Below, piece by piece: positions 1-11,441 of a stretch of DNA of 64,000 bases. The position numbers were made by a program, and so were the translations under genes. Position 1 is the stretch's first letter. Each line of letters opens with the position of its first letter. The stretch comes from Takakia lepidozioides (taxonomy: Eukaryota; Plantae; Bryophyta), in NCBI GenBank assembly GCA_030704615.1, contig CM060733.1, positions 46,190,001 through 46,254,000 of the forward strand. Direction: 5' to 3'. A model generated the notes under the pieces. It had not been told where the DNA came from and did no database searches. It worked only from the letters and a program-made list of their open reading frames with translations.

Positions 1-175
1 TGGTATGCTTTCAAGTAGTTTGGGAAAGAGAGGGAAGTTCATACCGCGCAAACACCTTTACTTCGTCTTCTTGAGAAGGATGGTTTGTGATCCAAAGCGA
101 GACTTCTTCATTCACCAAGCCACTATGAGTTTCAACGAAGTCAACGCACTTCTACAGCGGGATACAAGCCCATAG
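1..175 (+). pseudogene. 3' end of a SWIM zinc-finger protein remnant (probably transposon-derived), truncated by the window edge
   Basis: Frame 2 reads GMLSSSLGKRGKFIPRKHLYFVFLRRMVCDPKRDFFIHQATMSFNEVNALL...*. P(R)KHLYFV resembles the SWIM C-terminal PCKH motif with C>R (tgc>cgc). Confidence 0.5.
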
Positions 176-374
176 AAAGCATTCACTTGACACTCCAAAA
201 TCTGTGTTTTCCTTGACTACAACTTGTAATGGAATGACTGGTCAAGTCCAGTGTCTCTCAATGTATGTCGTCTAACATCTTTGCTATGCGTGGGTCAATG
301 CATTTATCGCATTGGTATTCTGTTTTCATTAGCAAGCACAAGAAACTACCTTCAGATAGACAGATGATCAAATC

Positions 375-606
375 AACCTCGTGTTAACACGAGGTTTACT
401 TGGAGTTTTCCAAATCCCCCTTGTGCCGACACAAGGTTGATTTTAGTTCTAAGAAAAGAACATCGTGTTAACACGAGGTTGATATGAAGTTCTCCGAATC
501 AACCTCGTGTTGACACGATGTTGATTTTAGTTCCAGGAAAACAACCTCGTGTTAACACAACGTTCATTTCAGTTCTAGGAAATGAAGCTCCTGTTAACAG
601 AAGGTT
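375..606. repeat. Tandem array of six 22-bp palindromes (consensus AACCTCGTGTTAACACGAGGTT) with an exact 42-bp period
   Basis: Units start at 375, 417, 459, 501, 543 and 585. Unit 1 is a perfect palindrome. The 20-bp linkers resemble each other (e.g. ttttagttctaagaaaag, ttttagttccaggaaaac). Confidence 0.9.
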
Positions 607-609
607 GAA

Positions 610-1794
610 CTCCAGGAAAGCCCGAAACCTCGAAATCATGGGACATGCTTGTTTCGTTCCTCACTCAGGTAAGCACATGTATCTTAACTGTTGTGTGAAT
701 AATTTTGCTTTGGCAACTTGTTCTAGCTTGTCGATGGGATTGATTTCCTGTTGGATCAAGATTGGGCTTGTGACACTGTCTCCTGTTTTTGGCTGTAGGT
801 CACAAAAAGGCCGGATTGGGTGAATGGAGTTCAGCAGGCATACGCGACTGACCTTGTGGTGCTGGACATTCCTGACGGTTTCCCTGTCCCTGATGTGTTG
901 CCTTCCAATTCAACCCCCACTTGGAACAAATCGGATTCTCGTTACTGGCAGTGGGCCTTCTCATTCAGCAACAAATTCTTTTATGACTCGGGGGCTCTTC
1001 TTCTCATGCAGTCAAAGGACATGTCGGCACGGAGAACTCTTTTCAGCTACATGAAAGCTTCCGGGTTTCGTGTCATCAAAACTTGGACATGCATCAACAC
1101 TTTGCCTCTTACGAAGGGCGAGTTCCCGGGGCAGAAAATGAGTTAATTCTTTTGAATTAAAGTTTAGTGGTTCTGATGTATATGTCAAAAGTTGGTTTTG
1201 TCTTTTGCCTCATGCTCTCTTCGTGATTGTTGACAGACTCGGGTGTTCGAAGCTTTGTGCCTGGTGAGGGTGCGTAAGGACACTCTTCCTCCTGGTATTG
1301 CTGAGTTCCAGTTGAGGGACCTTGCAGCTCACATTGACCCCACCTACGAGCCAATGGAGGATGATGTAATCTTCAGATACGTGGATTCGGGTCGAACCAC
1401 GAAAAGGTCGACTGGTGTCCCTTGGAGAGGTACACGGGAGAAATCCCCAGCTTTCATGCAGACTTTGGTGGAGACATGCAGCCGTCACGGTGGACGAGTG
1501 GTTGACTTGTCTATGGGAACAGGTGGGGCCCTGAACACTGTGTTTGAAATGTGGGCAGTGACCTTAGGGAAGCCTTGTTTTGATTTCTCGTTCATCTTCG
1601 ATTTGCAGGAGCATCTTTTCATGCGTGCAAAAGCGCCGGAAGGCACTTCTTCGGCATGGAGGCTGATACGGAGTTCTTTTCAGCGAGCTTCATCAGCTTG
1701 AGTTGGGCATTACTTCTGCCCCATCCACGGAGGGACTTCTTGAGAAGCCCGAAGCGCCTGACGAGGATCTCGACTCCGATTTTGAGTGTGAGTA
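610..1794 (+). pseudogene. Spliced beta-class N4-cytosine/N6-adenine DNA methyltransferase-like gene (N6_N4_Mtase family), probably disabled
   Basis: Exons ~610-668, 799-1137, 1237-1522 and 1609-~1794 join in phase. They give DLVVLDIPDG (motif IV position), then REKSPAFMQTLVETCSRHGGRVVDLSMGTG|ASFHACKSAGRHFFGMEADTEFF, matching the family pattern KP..L...I...S..G..VLDPF.GSG....A...GR.F.G.E. The intron-2 donor reads atgagt instead of gtgagt, and a 1-nt frameshift is likely in the T-run near 1680. Confidence 0.75.
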
Positions 1795-2574
1795 AGTTCG
1801 GCTCTAGTCGTGCAAAATATGTTGCATTTCATTGTGTCATTCCCGTTCGACAGATGGTTGCTTACATTATCTATTTCTGGATGATAACATCTACCACCAT
1901 TCCTCTTCTTGCTTTCCAGAGTTCGGCAGGCGTCATCGAATACGCAGACACCTTTCGGTTTCCAAGGATACTACATGTCCCCGAGTCCCCCTAGAGCTTA
2001 CCGCTTGCCGGTTTACGCGGAAGGTTGCGCACGGGTGTTGTCCCAACAAACAATGTATTCGCCTCTCCATGGGGGTCGCGGAGAAAAAAAACATCAAGGA
2101 GGGGCTGCTGTGTTCATAGATGATATTGCTGCAGACTCTAGAAGTAGTTCCTCTCCAATAGTTCTTGAGGTTCAAGTACCGAGACTTAATAAAATGTATT
2201 TTGGTTTTGCTTCCATCCCCAAACTGTTTTTCAAGATCTTCGCGCGTTCCCGTAAGTACAGTTAGGGATTGCCTAGGGTGGGTCTTCAGATTCCAGCATT
2301 GAAAAATGTTTGTGGGTTGGAATGAATGAACTACTTTGCAAAAAAAGGGATTTGCTGTTAATATTCAATTCTCTAGCGGGCGATCTCCTCATTCAAAAAT
2401 CATGTCCTCGATCCTAAACCATCCACAAACCTACCATTGTTCTCGGTCGGAAAGAATATTCATGTGGGGGCGATGAAAGGGACATAGGCGACAACTGATC
2501 CGCGATAATAGGGGGGGGGGGGGGGGGGGGAGCACGGAATTAGGACCTGCACACGTGGATGATTGCTGACGTGG

Positions 2575-2625
2575 CGTGAGCCTAGCCAGGCTCACAGGCT
2601 CACGCGCAAGCATTCCCCCTTAGTG
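2575..2625. mobile_element. Candidate right terminus of a CACTA-like DNA transposon carrying the MTase
   Basis: A subterminal inverted repeat (gcgtgagcct...aggctcacgc) is followed by cattcccccTTAGTG (reverse complement CACTAAGGGGG). The left end is outside the window, so the TIR pair and TSD cannot be confirmed. Confidence 0.4.
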
Positions 2626-3764
2626 TGTGGGCTTTTAATCCATTTCCTGGCTATTCTGTACTGAAAATGTGATCAAGTCCTGCCAACAAACTGCTCATGC
2701 AGTTATATAAAGTAAATCTTTTACTCCTAGTAAACTAAGCTCCAGTAACCTAGTGAACCTTTCTATCTCGATATGCATGGTGGTCCACCACCCGTCCTAA
2801 AACTGACCACGAGCTGCTTAAAACTACTTGAGTGGAGTGTAAACACTAATTTGCTGGCTTCCAACTGAACAAGATGAAACTCAAACGTGATCAGCAATCA
2901 TGACATGTGATCCCTTAACACTCTAACTGTTCGGATGTGTTCCCAAATATGACTTAATATTTTTTTCTAACTGTGCAGTAATATTTGAAACACGGACCGC
3001 CAATAATTATTAATTTATCCACTAAGTGATGTCATTATGATCGTCTCTAAGGTTAAAAGATTTACTGTAGTTACCATTCTGGCCCAGCTAGCACATGACC
3101 TAATCCAGACCCCTCATAATGAAAGCGCCTTTCAGAGTTCACATTTGGTTGGTTTTATGTATTTTTCTAGGGGTCCAATTTAGAAAGTGGTTCGAATTAA
3201 GTTTATTTACCTTACGTCGTAAGTAGCTGGTGTACATGGCCTGGTGGGCCTTGCAGGAGATGAAGGGAATCTTGAATAGAATTGAGGGGTGCGGTGGGGC
3301 TTTGTATTGGTCTGATAGCCCTTGAAGCTTTGTTAGCGTGGATATTATTCGAGTCTCCAAGCATGCGGACAGAACGATATTACAAGATTTAGGCTTTGCA
3401 TATACACAAATAATGTAGGCAAATAGTACGTTATCTATGGAGTGGGAACGCAGTTTGTAGCTAATAAGCTACCAAAGTTTGCATGGCCATATCCATTAGA
3501 GGATGGTTTAGGAATTAAAAAAGAGGGATATTATATAACCTACACAAGGATTTGAAGAAATAAACGTTGTGTAAGGGGGTAAGAAAAAAGATAGGTAGGA
3601 AGGTGACAACTATTAAATGGGGGATGGTTTAGACGCCAAATTGGGATAAGTAGAGTACATGTGTCAAGTGGTGGTTTGTAGGGGTGACACGTGCGGGACA
3701 ACCTAGAAAGGTCCTCCACCGCTTGACCAGGTGGGGCCGCTGCCTTGAGAGGGTAGAAAAGTAT

Positions 3765-3925
3765 GACACCTCCCGAAGGGGCGGTAATTTATGGTGTCGC
3801 TTCACCACAAGGGCTACTGCCTTCTAGCTGAAAGGTAGACACCATCATGACAAGCCAGACCGTGGTTTGAACCCACAACCACATCCAACATGGTATGTGT
3901 CCATTACCACCGGGCTACATGCTGG
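3765..3925 (-). mobile_element. tRNA-derived SINE, family A, copy 1
   Basis: Minus strand has an A-box-like TAGCCCGGTGG and B-box GGGTTCAAACC. Highly similar copy at 43942-44103. Confidence 0.7.
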
Positions 3926-3974
3926 TTGTTATGAGAGGGTATCTAAAGGAGAGAAGGCTCTTTTCCCCCTCTTT

Positions 3975-4577
3975 GGTCTGGTATGGGTATTAGACCCGAG
4001 CATCAACCTGGTATCAGGACCAGACCAGCCTAGTCTTTAAGTTCTACATACTAGGTCATATACCAGACCTAGGCTGGTATCCCTTTTCTCATACAGCCAC
4101 AATACCAGTACCCCCACCGTCTTCCTCATTTACACTGGTATGTGTACTAAAATAATTTATGTGTACATACATGTATTTATTTATATTGATTTTATGTTTA
4201 TTGTATTTGATTGCACTTGATATTTGATAAATTTATAAGTCAAGATGGTTTTAAAAAAAAAAAAAACGAACAGGGGACAGAGGCCACTGGGAAACTTTAT
4301 TATAAGATTATTTTGGGGAAAAAAATTAAAACCCCTGATACACCATGAGGCACACACACCATATTCAGTGAATGAATGGGGAACCAGCTCCTCAAAGATG
4401 GGTTTGGAATGATACCAGAATTGATATCTCATACTAGCTAGTATTGTGGTCATGATACTCATACTCATACCAGTATCTGGAAAGAATACATCCACCATTA
4501 TATAGTCCAGACTGGTATGAAAGTTTTGTGATGGGTATGGTACCGGTATGTCCTAAACCTGATATCAGTCCAACACT
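3975..4577. mobile_element. Non-autonomous hAT-like element (right end intact)
   Basis: Ends in ...ccaacactg followed by GTTGGTAC. ATACCAG/CTGGTAT subterminal repeats and internal similarity to 19161-19616 and 20570-21170. Confidence 0.55.
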
Positions 4578-4695
4578 GGTTGGTACCTACTTTAGTGGGC
4601 TTTGAACATACGGGCCCAAAGAAAGACGCAAACATGAACCATAGCTGTATTAATTAATCGAACAACTACTAAGCTGAATAAGCCCCCCCCGGATT

Positions 4696-5030
4696 GGCCG
4701 CTTTACACTGGGACCCAAGCCCAAGACCAAGTGAGAATGGAGCATTCCCATTGGCGGAGGCCTAAAAATTGGGCCCAACGGCTTTACACTAGGGCTCGAG
4801 CCCAAGAAAATGGAAGTGGGTCATTTGCCTACATGGCACCTACATGGCACAAGTTTTGGCGCCAACTTCTTGGGCCAGACCAAGAAAAAGGAAGCCTCCT
4901 AGAATGGAGACCCAACTCTGAGCTCTTGGGCCCAAGAAGTTTGGTGTTAAAAATAGACTATTTGAAGTTGGCCCAAGAGTGGTAGAAATTGGGCCCAAGA
5001 TTTCTTGGGCTTGGGCGTGTAAAGCGGCCC
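4696..5030. mobile_element. PIF/Harbinger-type MITE
   Basis: TIR GGCCGCTTTACAC (4696-4708) pairs with GTGTAAAGCGGCC(C) (5017-5030), followed by TTA. Many internal GGCCCAAG repeats. The left TSD is not intact. Confidence 0.6.
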
Positions 5031-6201
5031 TTAGAGGTGGTTATTTTACAAACGTTGTGCCAATACCTAGTGAGGGATATCAGAAATTAAAGATGGAGCA
5101 GTGATACATCCCAAGTGTTGGAGGAGATTGGGATTAATGGGTCGACATCTTTGAGTAAGAGAATTGAGAGTTCAATCACATCCATGACACAGAAAAAGCA
5201 TTGAACCGAGTTCTTCAGTATTGCAGAAATGGTGAGATGGTACCTCTATCTCCAGGCACTCTCCAAGTATCAGTCGTCAGCCAAATTCAGTGCAATGAGG
5301 TGCGTATCGATCACACCACAAGATTTGCCCGTGCCGCTCAAGTAAGGCACATTTGCAACCCTCTTTCTCCCTCCTGGTAGTAGTCATTGATGATTTAGTA
5401 GCAAGGGGTTGGTGTTGTGACTTGCTAATTTCTGGAGAAAGGAACAAAAGCAGGCGGTGCAATCATCACACTTTTTCTTTGACTGCCAAACTTCAACTCT
5501 GTTTTGATCACTAAGCAATCCTAATGAGAATCTAGAGGTACCTGTTCGTATTTGCAATGGGGTGGGTTTGATTTGTCATGTCTGCCAGCGGTCTTTGCTG
5601 AGCCGACAAAGCCTCCAAAGCCTCCTATTCATAGGTGACCTGACTCTCGTTCACACGAGCACTCAGCATCTGCAAGTAGTCAGATTTATACCGAGAGATG
5701 TGCTCAGGCTCGCGTTTCCAGCAAGACCAACACAAATAGCTTGTGTCCTTCAGGCAAATGTCAGAGGCTGGAGATGATCAACATTGAAGCCACGCTAGCT
5801 GGCTCTCAATGGTGTGAAGTAAGTTCATGCCATTATCAAGTGTGATTGCAGTAAGGCTGTAGAAACTTCTGTAATTTATGTTTGCATACATGCCTTTACT
5901 AGTGCTCTTCACGAGGTCTGGACAAGTTTCAGAAGCATTAGATAGACCTGCTTTTGTGTAGTAGGATGATGAAAAAACCAAGTAGTTGGCGCCTCCACAT
6001 CAAAATCATATCTGAGGACAAGAAGTTAATGGCAAACTACACTGCCAAAATTAAGAGACAACATGACAGAAGAGCAGTATGAACAGGAGTGTCAGATCCT
6101 CTTGAGAGTTTAGGGATTAGGGTTTAGAGGTATGTGGCCCAACACTTTTGAGTGCATGTAAAGATCGCGGAGTGAGAGCCCTAACATGAGCATTCTTCAC
6201 A

Positions 6202-6213
6202 TGGTATCAGAGC
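6202..6213 (+). mobile_element. LTR-retrotransposon primer-binding site (tRNA-iMet), preceded by a putative LTR end ...CA
   Basis: TGGTATCAGAGC immediately after ...ttcaca. Confidence 0.65.
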
Positions 6214-6249
6214 TAGAATGTATTACAGAACTCTAGAATATATCCAACT

Positions 6250-6900
6250 ATGGGGGCAAGTTTCTGGAATTCAACCAAGTTCACCAATTTGGTGCAGTGT
6301 ACAACTACATTCTGAACCGGTATTGAGCCCTCACAGCTCCTTTGCAAAAACCTACAATCCAGCAGAGCGCGGGAAAGCCACTTGCAGACAGAAAAGGAGT
6401 TTCTGAAGTCAAAGGAGCAATGACAGATAAACAGGAGAAGGTTGAAGCCTCCTTGGAGGTTGACCTGTCTGATGCAGTAATGGGCACAGCTTGCACACGA
6501 TTTCCCTGGATACTTGCACATTGGCCATCCCAGACCTGCACTCTTGAACCAGTGTGTTGCCCAGAAGTACATACAAGGGACGCCACATCGCTTGATTCAA
6601 TGACACCAATCCTTCAAAGGAGAAGGACGAGTTTGTGGAAAGCATACTTGTAGACCTGAGATGGCAGAGAAGTTAATTCGAGAGGGAAAGGCAATATGTT
6701 GCTGTCTCGGACTGGAGCAAATGCAGGAGGAGAGCTTTGACCCCATTGATTCTAGGTGCCAGAGCCAAAGCGTAAGGAGAATCTGCAGCTGTGGAAAGAG
6801 ATGGTGGCGTAGAGAGGAAACTCAAATGTGTTCGTGGGAAGCTTGACATGAGCAATTTCAATGAGCTTTGGTGACCTGGTCTATCATCCTTGTAATTCGG
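6250..6900 (+). pseudogene. Degraded fragment of cytosolic glutamyl-tRNA synthetase
   Basis: Across frameshifts: SLEVDLSDAVMGTACTRFP / GYLHIGH..ALLNQ / FNDTNPSKEKDEFVE / MAEKLIREGKA...EQMQEE. Class I HIGH motif, with many stops and deletions. Confidence 0.8.
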
Positions 6901-7219
6901 GGTAGGTAAGGGCCTTCGTGGTGGGGCTTCACGTCTACTCACCTTGAGCCGTGGGCTGAAAGACGTGAAGCCCACTAGTCACTGCGAATGGAAAACAGGT
7001 TTTTAGGTGTAAGCAGTCTTAACAAAGGCTGGAAACACGCAGAAACGAGAAGACAGGGATTGGAAACGCTGCCTTCTTGAGCGTTCACGGCGTCGATGTA
7101 CACGATGGAGCTCCAAGCCGAGAACACAATGGGCATTGTTGTTGATGATGCTTCAACCTGTTGATTGTTTGTATGATGATCGAAGGTTTTGAACACAAAT
7201 TGGTACTGTCGCTCTCAAA

Positions 7220-8978
7220 GCAGATGCAGATGATTGCATGTAGGATGGCAGCGTCGAGTCAAAAGTTTGGCGGACATGAGACTGGCAGCATGGTTAGCAG
7301 TTCCAGCACTAGTGAGGAGGTGATGGCGTATGCATGGCTGGCCAACTGAAACATGCACTTGACGTAATGAATGAAACAAGCATTCAGGCAGACTACAGTA
7401 TCTATGTCTGCCTCTTGCAAGGTTGCATCCAAAGGAAAGATCTGGCACAGGGAAAGCAGGTGCGATACAATGCCTGAAGAGATTCGCTTACATGCACTAT
7501 GATGATGGCAGGATATGCCAAGCAGGGTCGTGCTGAGGAGGTTTTGAAGGTATATGAACAAATGGAACAGGGAGGGGTCGGGCCCGACAGGGTCACTTTC
7601 ATCTGCGTTCTTAAAGCTTGTGCGAGCCTAACTCTCCTGGAAAAGGCCAAAGAGGTCCATGCTAAAATCATTAAAGCTGGACATGCGACATACATAAATT
7701 TGGAGAACAGCTTTGTTGACATGTATGCCAAATGCGGGAGCATGAAGGATGCGTATCAGGTGTTCGACAGTATGGTGAAACGGAATGTGATCACATGGAA
7801 TGCAGTGCTTACAGGGTATGTTAAGCATGGGTGTGGCCGAGAGGCTTTGAAGATCTATGAACAAATGCAACAAGGAGTGATGCCTGACAGGGTCACATTC
7901 ATCTGCATTCTGCAGGCGTGTGCCAGCCTGGGAGCCCTGGAAAAGGGCAAACAGGTCCATGCCGATATTATCAAAGCTGGAATCAGTGGGTCATATGTAA
8001 ACTTAGACACTGCCCTTGTTGACATGTATTCCAAATGTGGGGGCATGAAGCATGTGCGCGGAGTGTTTGTTTTAAATGAGATGTCGTCTCATGGAATTCC
8101 TGATTTCTGGGTAAGCTCAGCATGCGCGTGGTATAGAAGCTTTGAAGATCTTTGAGCTAATGCAAAGAAAAGGGACGACTCCCGACAGGGTGACATCATC
8201 TGCATTCTCAATGCGTGTGCCAGCCTAGGAGATCTGGATAAGGGCAAAAGAGGTCCATGCTCTCCTAATTAAAGCCGGAACTGTAATTTTGGGAATACCC
8301 TTGTTCATATGTATGCCAAATGCGGGAGCATGAAGGATGCGCGTGAAGTGTTTGACAAAATGCCCAAACGAGATGTGGTCTCATGGAATGCCATGATGGC
8401 AGGATATGCTCAGCATGGGTGTGGTAGAAAAGCTTTGAAGATCTATGAGCAAATGCAACAGGAAGCCATGGTGTCGGATAGGTTTACATTCACTTGCATT
8501 CTCAATGCATGTGCCAGTCTAGGAATGCTTGGAAGGGGCAAAGAGGTTCATGCTGACATCATCAGAACTTTTATTCCATCAGAGATTATTTTGGAGACTG
8601 CTCTTGTAGAAATGTATGCCAAATGTGGGAGCATGAAGATTGCACATGAAGTGTTTGAGAATATGGCTAAACGAGATGTGAGACAGCTCCCTTTGTTCCT
8701 CCTCGAAATCATGCAGTACAAAACGTATGTCAGGCATGTACCCTGCATCCTTCATCTTCCTTTGCCACCACAGTGAAAAGCTGGCCATTGCTTTTGGGCT
8801 CATAAACACGTCCCCTGGGACACAAATCCGCATCATCAAGAACCTCCGTGTGTGCGGTAACTGCCACACAGCCACCAAGAGCATTTCGAAGATTGTTGGA
8901 CGAGCAGTTGTTGTGTGGGATGCCAACCGCTTTCATCACTTCCAAGATAGTGTTTGTTCTTGTGAGGATTACTGGTGA
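7220..8978 (+). pseudogene. PLS-class PPR-DYW gene, pseudogenised (frameshifts, E-domain deletion, internal inversion)
   Basis: PLS motifs in ORFs 7499-8155 and 8309-8776. DYW tail [12 protein letters not shown]...CGNCH...CSCEDYW* ends at 8978. Segment 8680-8760 is DYW coding sequence in reverse orientation. Confidence 0.9.
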
Positions 8979-10105
8979 AATCAGTTATAGGTATGTGTGC
9001 GGCAGTTGAAAGGAACAGTATTTTCTTACACAAGGACTAACATTGAAAGTACCGGTTTGAGTATTTCTCTAGCTGCTACCCAGGAAAATTGGGATGTGTA
9101 TGTTTTACAAATGTCTTAAGGCAGCTAGGGTTCTCCTTGTGTGCATGTGAAGAAAGAAGGCACCTAGGCAAGTCGAGGCATTTCGGAGCTCTTCAACGGT
9201 TGTTATGCATGTGGAACATCCAGTTAAAAGAGGAAAGATGTGAGGTGAAGAAACAGTCACAAGCTGTGCGGTTCCTGTTGCACCTCTGCAACTGGAAACG
9301 CACAGCTTGTCATTGTTTCTTCACTTCACGTCTTTGATGAAAGGGCCACTGTCAACCTGCCCTGCTTTGATGGTGCTTGTGGAGCAGCGAAATGGCAGAG
9401 GCTAACCACCCCTCACTTATCTTCCAGCTGCTCATGGGCAACCCTTTGATCAGGTATTGGACCAAAACTTGCTATGGACTGAGTTCCCACTCTGGATGGC
9501 CTGTGTGTGGCATCCAGAATTGTTTCCCCTGTGAGATATGAAGTCAATGTTGTAGGGGCTTATTCTGTGCACGATACCAGTGTCTTATGAAATGAGATCC
9601 GTTTTGCCGGAGGACGAGGGGGTTGCTACTGTCTGTCCTACACAGTAAGCAGCCATTGTGTTTGTAAGAGCACGACACTACAAAATGGCTGTGAATGAAA
9701 GATGTTTGGTATTCACCTCAGAGTCCTTCCACAACTCATGACCTGCATGGGAAGGTCTTGGTAATGTGGGGCGAGCTGGGCCTGCTGGTACAAACAGGTC
9801 TTTTTGTTGCTGAAAAGGAAGCAGGCAGTCACTGTCTGGGTACTCCAATGAAAGACCTGGTGACTCCTCAACCTCAACAACACCCAATCCTTCAAAAAAC
9901 ACTAGCTCCACAATTGTATGGACTACGGTAGAGACAGACTAAACACTCATTCACATTGTCAGGTGTAACCCCTTCCTGTATCATTTGATCATAGATGTCA
10001 AGGGCCTCCTTACCACACCAAGGGGGGGGGGGGGAGTGACTGAGCAGCAGCACATGCTTCTCTCTTCTGCTTTTCTCCTGTTATTGATTGAAAAACTTAA
10101 GAAAC

Positions 10106-11441
10106 TTAAGAAGGAAATGCTTCCTGCCTCTTCTCTCGGAGCAAAACCCTCGCCCTGGAAGCTAGCCATTGCCTAGCTCTCTTTGAACAGAACGCCACCT
10201 GAATAAGTTGACCTTCTGCTGAGGGAAATGTCAGTAGCGATATCTGTTCCCCACTCCTAGGGATACCTAGAGGACCTATCACTCTGTCATAGTGGTGGTT
10301 GCAATATGCCGATGACGTATACAAGTTCTCCAAACAAAAGCTCTCCCACTCTTGATCTGCCTCTTCGAACCATAACATAGAAAACACTTTATGTCCCGGT
10401 GGGGCCACCTCTCCATGAAGGATTGCCGAAGGGATTGAGAACACTATGACACATATAGTGTCGCCATGAAAAGAGCCCGCATGCACATGCAAAGGGTGTT
10501 CGTATGCAAACTGCAATGAATTACTCAAATAAAATGCTGGATCTCCCGAAAAATCATTCGCTTTGCGAGGTGGCTGAATCACATACAAACAAAAGCTTTC
10601 CCAAGATGCACTCCGGAATCCATGGTATAATGTTACCTCTCCCTCATATGCAGAAATTGGATCATAGAAATATGATGAAAATACGGAAAGGGCCTTCAAT
10701 CTAAACTCTTCGGATCTGTCCTTAATAGTGACTCAGTGATTAGGCTGTCCTTTAGTCGGGGTATGAAAAGCAGAAAGTTGGATATCAATGGTTTGCAAAG
10801 TTTGAAACAAATGAATGTTAGGATTCAAGGATGGACCTGAGGGGCAACGTCCTCCACCTCTGCCCCTTCTACCCCTTCGACCCCTCTACCCCTCCCACCT
10901 TGATTAAAACCACTACTTTGTGGCAATCCAGATGTAGACACATGCCCAACTGATCGGGTTTGACCCCTAGACACAATAATCCACCCTTCTTCATCTGCGT
11001 CTGTGTGGAGGAAATGGCTAACGAAGAGACTAAAATGACGCTCTCGTAAATCTCTAACCACTCTCAACCCCAATGCGGTGTAGCCACCATAGAGAAAAAA
11101 CTGAGCCCCCAATGCTGAGTCATGCATGGCAGCTAACTTGTCTAGGACATCTCTCACAACCTCTCTGAAAAATAGCGTTGTAAAAAACATGTCAAATCCT
11201 ATGAGCACAAACTAAAGGATAGTGCCGCATCATCTCGACGCATGTCATCCTTAGGAAAGTGCCATATAGTGTAAGACGGCGGAGGGTCTTTTAAAAGATT
11301 ATCATACTCTTGGGCAACCCCAAGAGAATGACAATCTATGTCTGTGTCTGGGCATGGACGTGACTGTAGCAAATCAGAGTGCCTGTTTTGAGTAGGAAAA
11401 CCAGCCCCCTGCAGTAGACCAACTTCCACGCGTTGCTCCAT
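10106..11441 (-). pseudogene. DUF3990-like ADP-ribosyltransferase-fold gene, copy 1 (C-terminal domain ORF 10106-10699 open; N-terminal part broken)
   Basis: TLYHG...NDFSGDPAFYLSNS...EWESFCLEN...YDRVIGP...QVAFCSKRA follows the DUF3990 order LYHG / DFG.GFY / W..F...N / YD.V.GP / Q.AF.S. Probable ATG at 11441 (MEQRVEVG) and a TATA-like tatatata at ~11890. Stops and frameshifts upstream of 10700. Confidence 0.65.

Noticed and set aside
375-606. CRISPR array
   Set aside because: Linkers are only 20 bp and similar to each other, repeats are degenerate, there are no cas genes, and the context is eukaryotic.
610-1794. Bacterial contamination explaining the MTase
   Set aside because: The coding sequence is interrupted by GT-AG spliceosomal introns and is contiguous with plant repeats and genes.
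3765-3925. Functional tRNA gene (also 43942-44103 and 44365-44516)
   Set aside because: A and B boxes are present, but no convincing cloverleaf; family A has a conserved non-tRNA extension, typical of SINEs.
9400-9980. LINE 3' remnant
   Set aside because: Only vague Cys/His/Trp patterning; too degraded to call.
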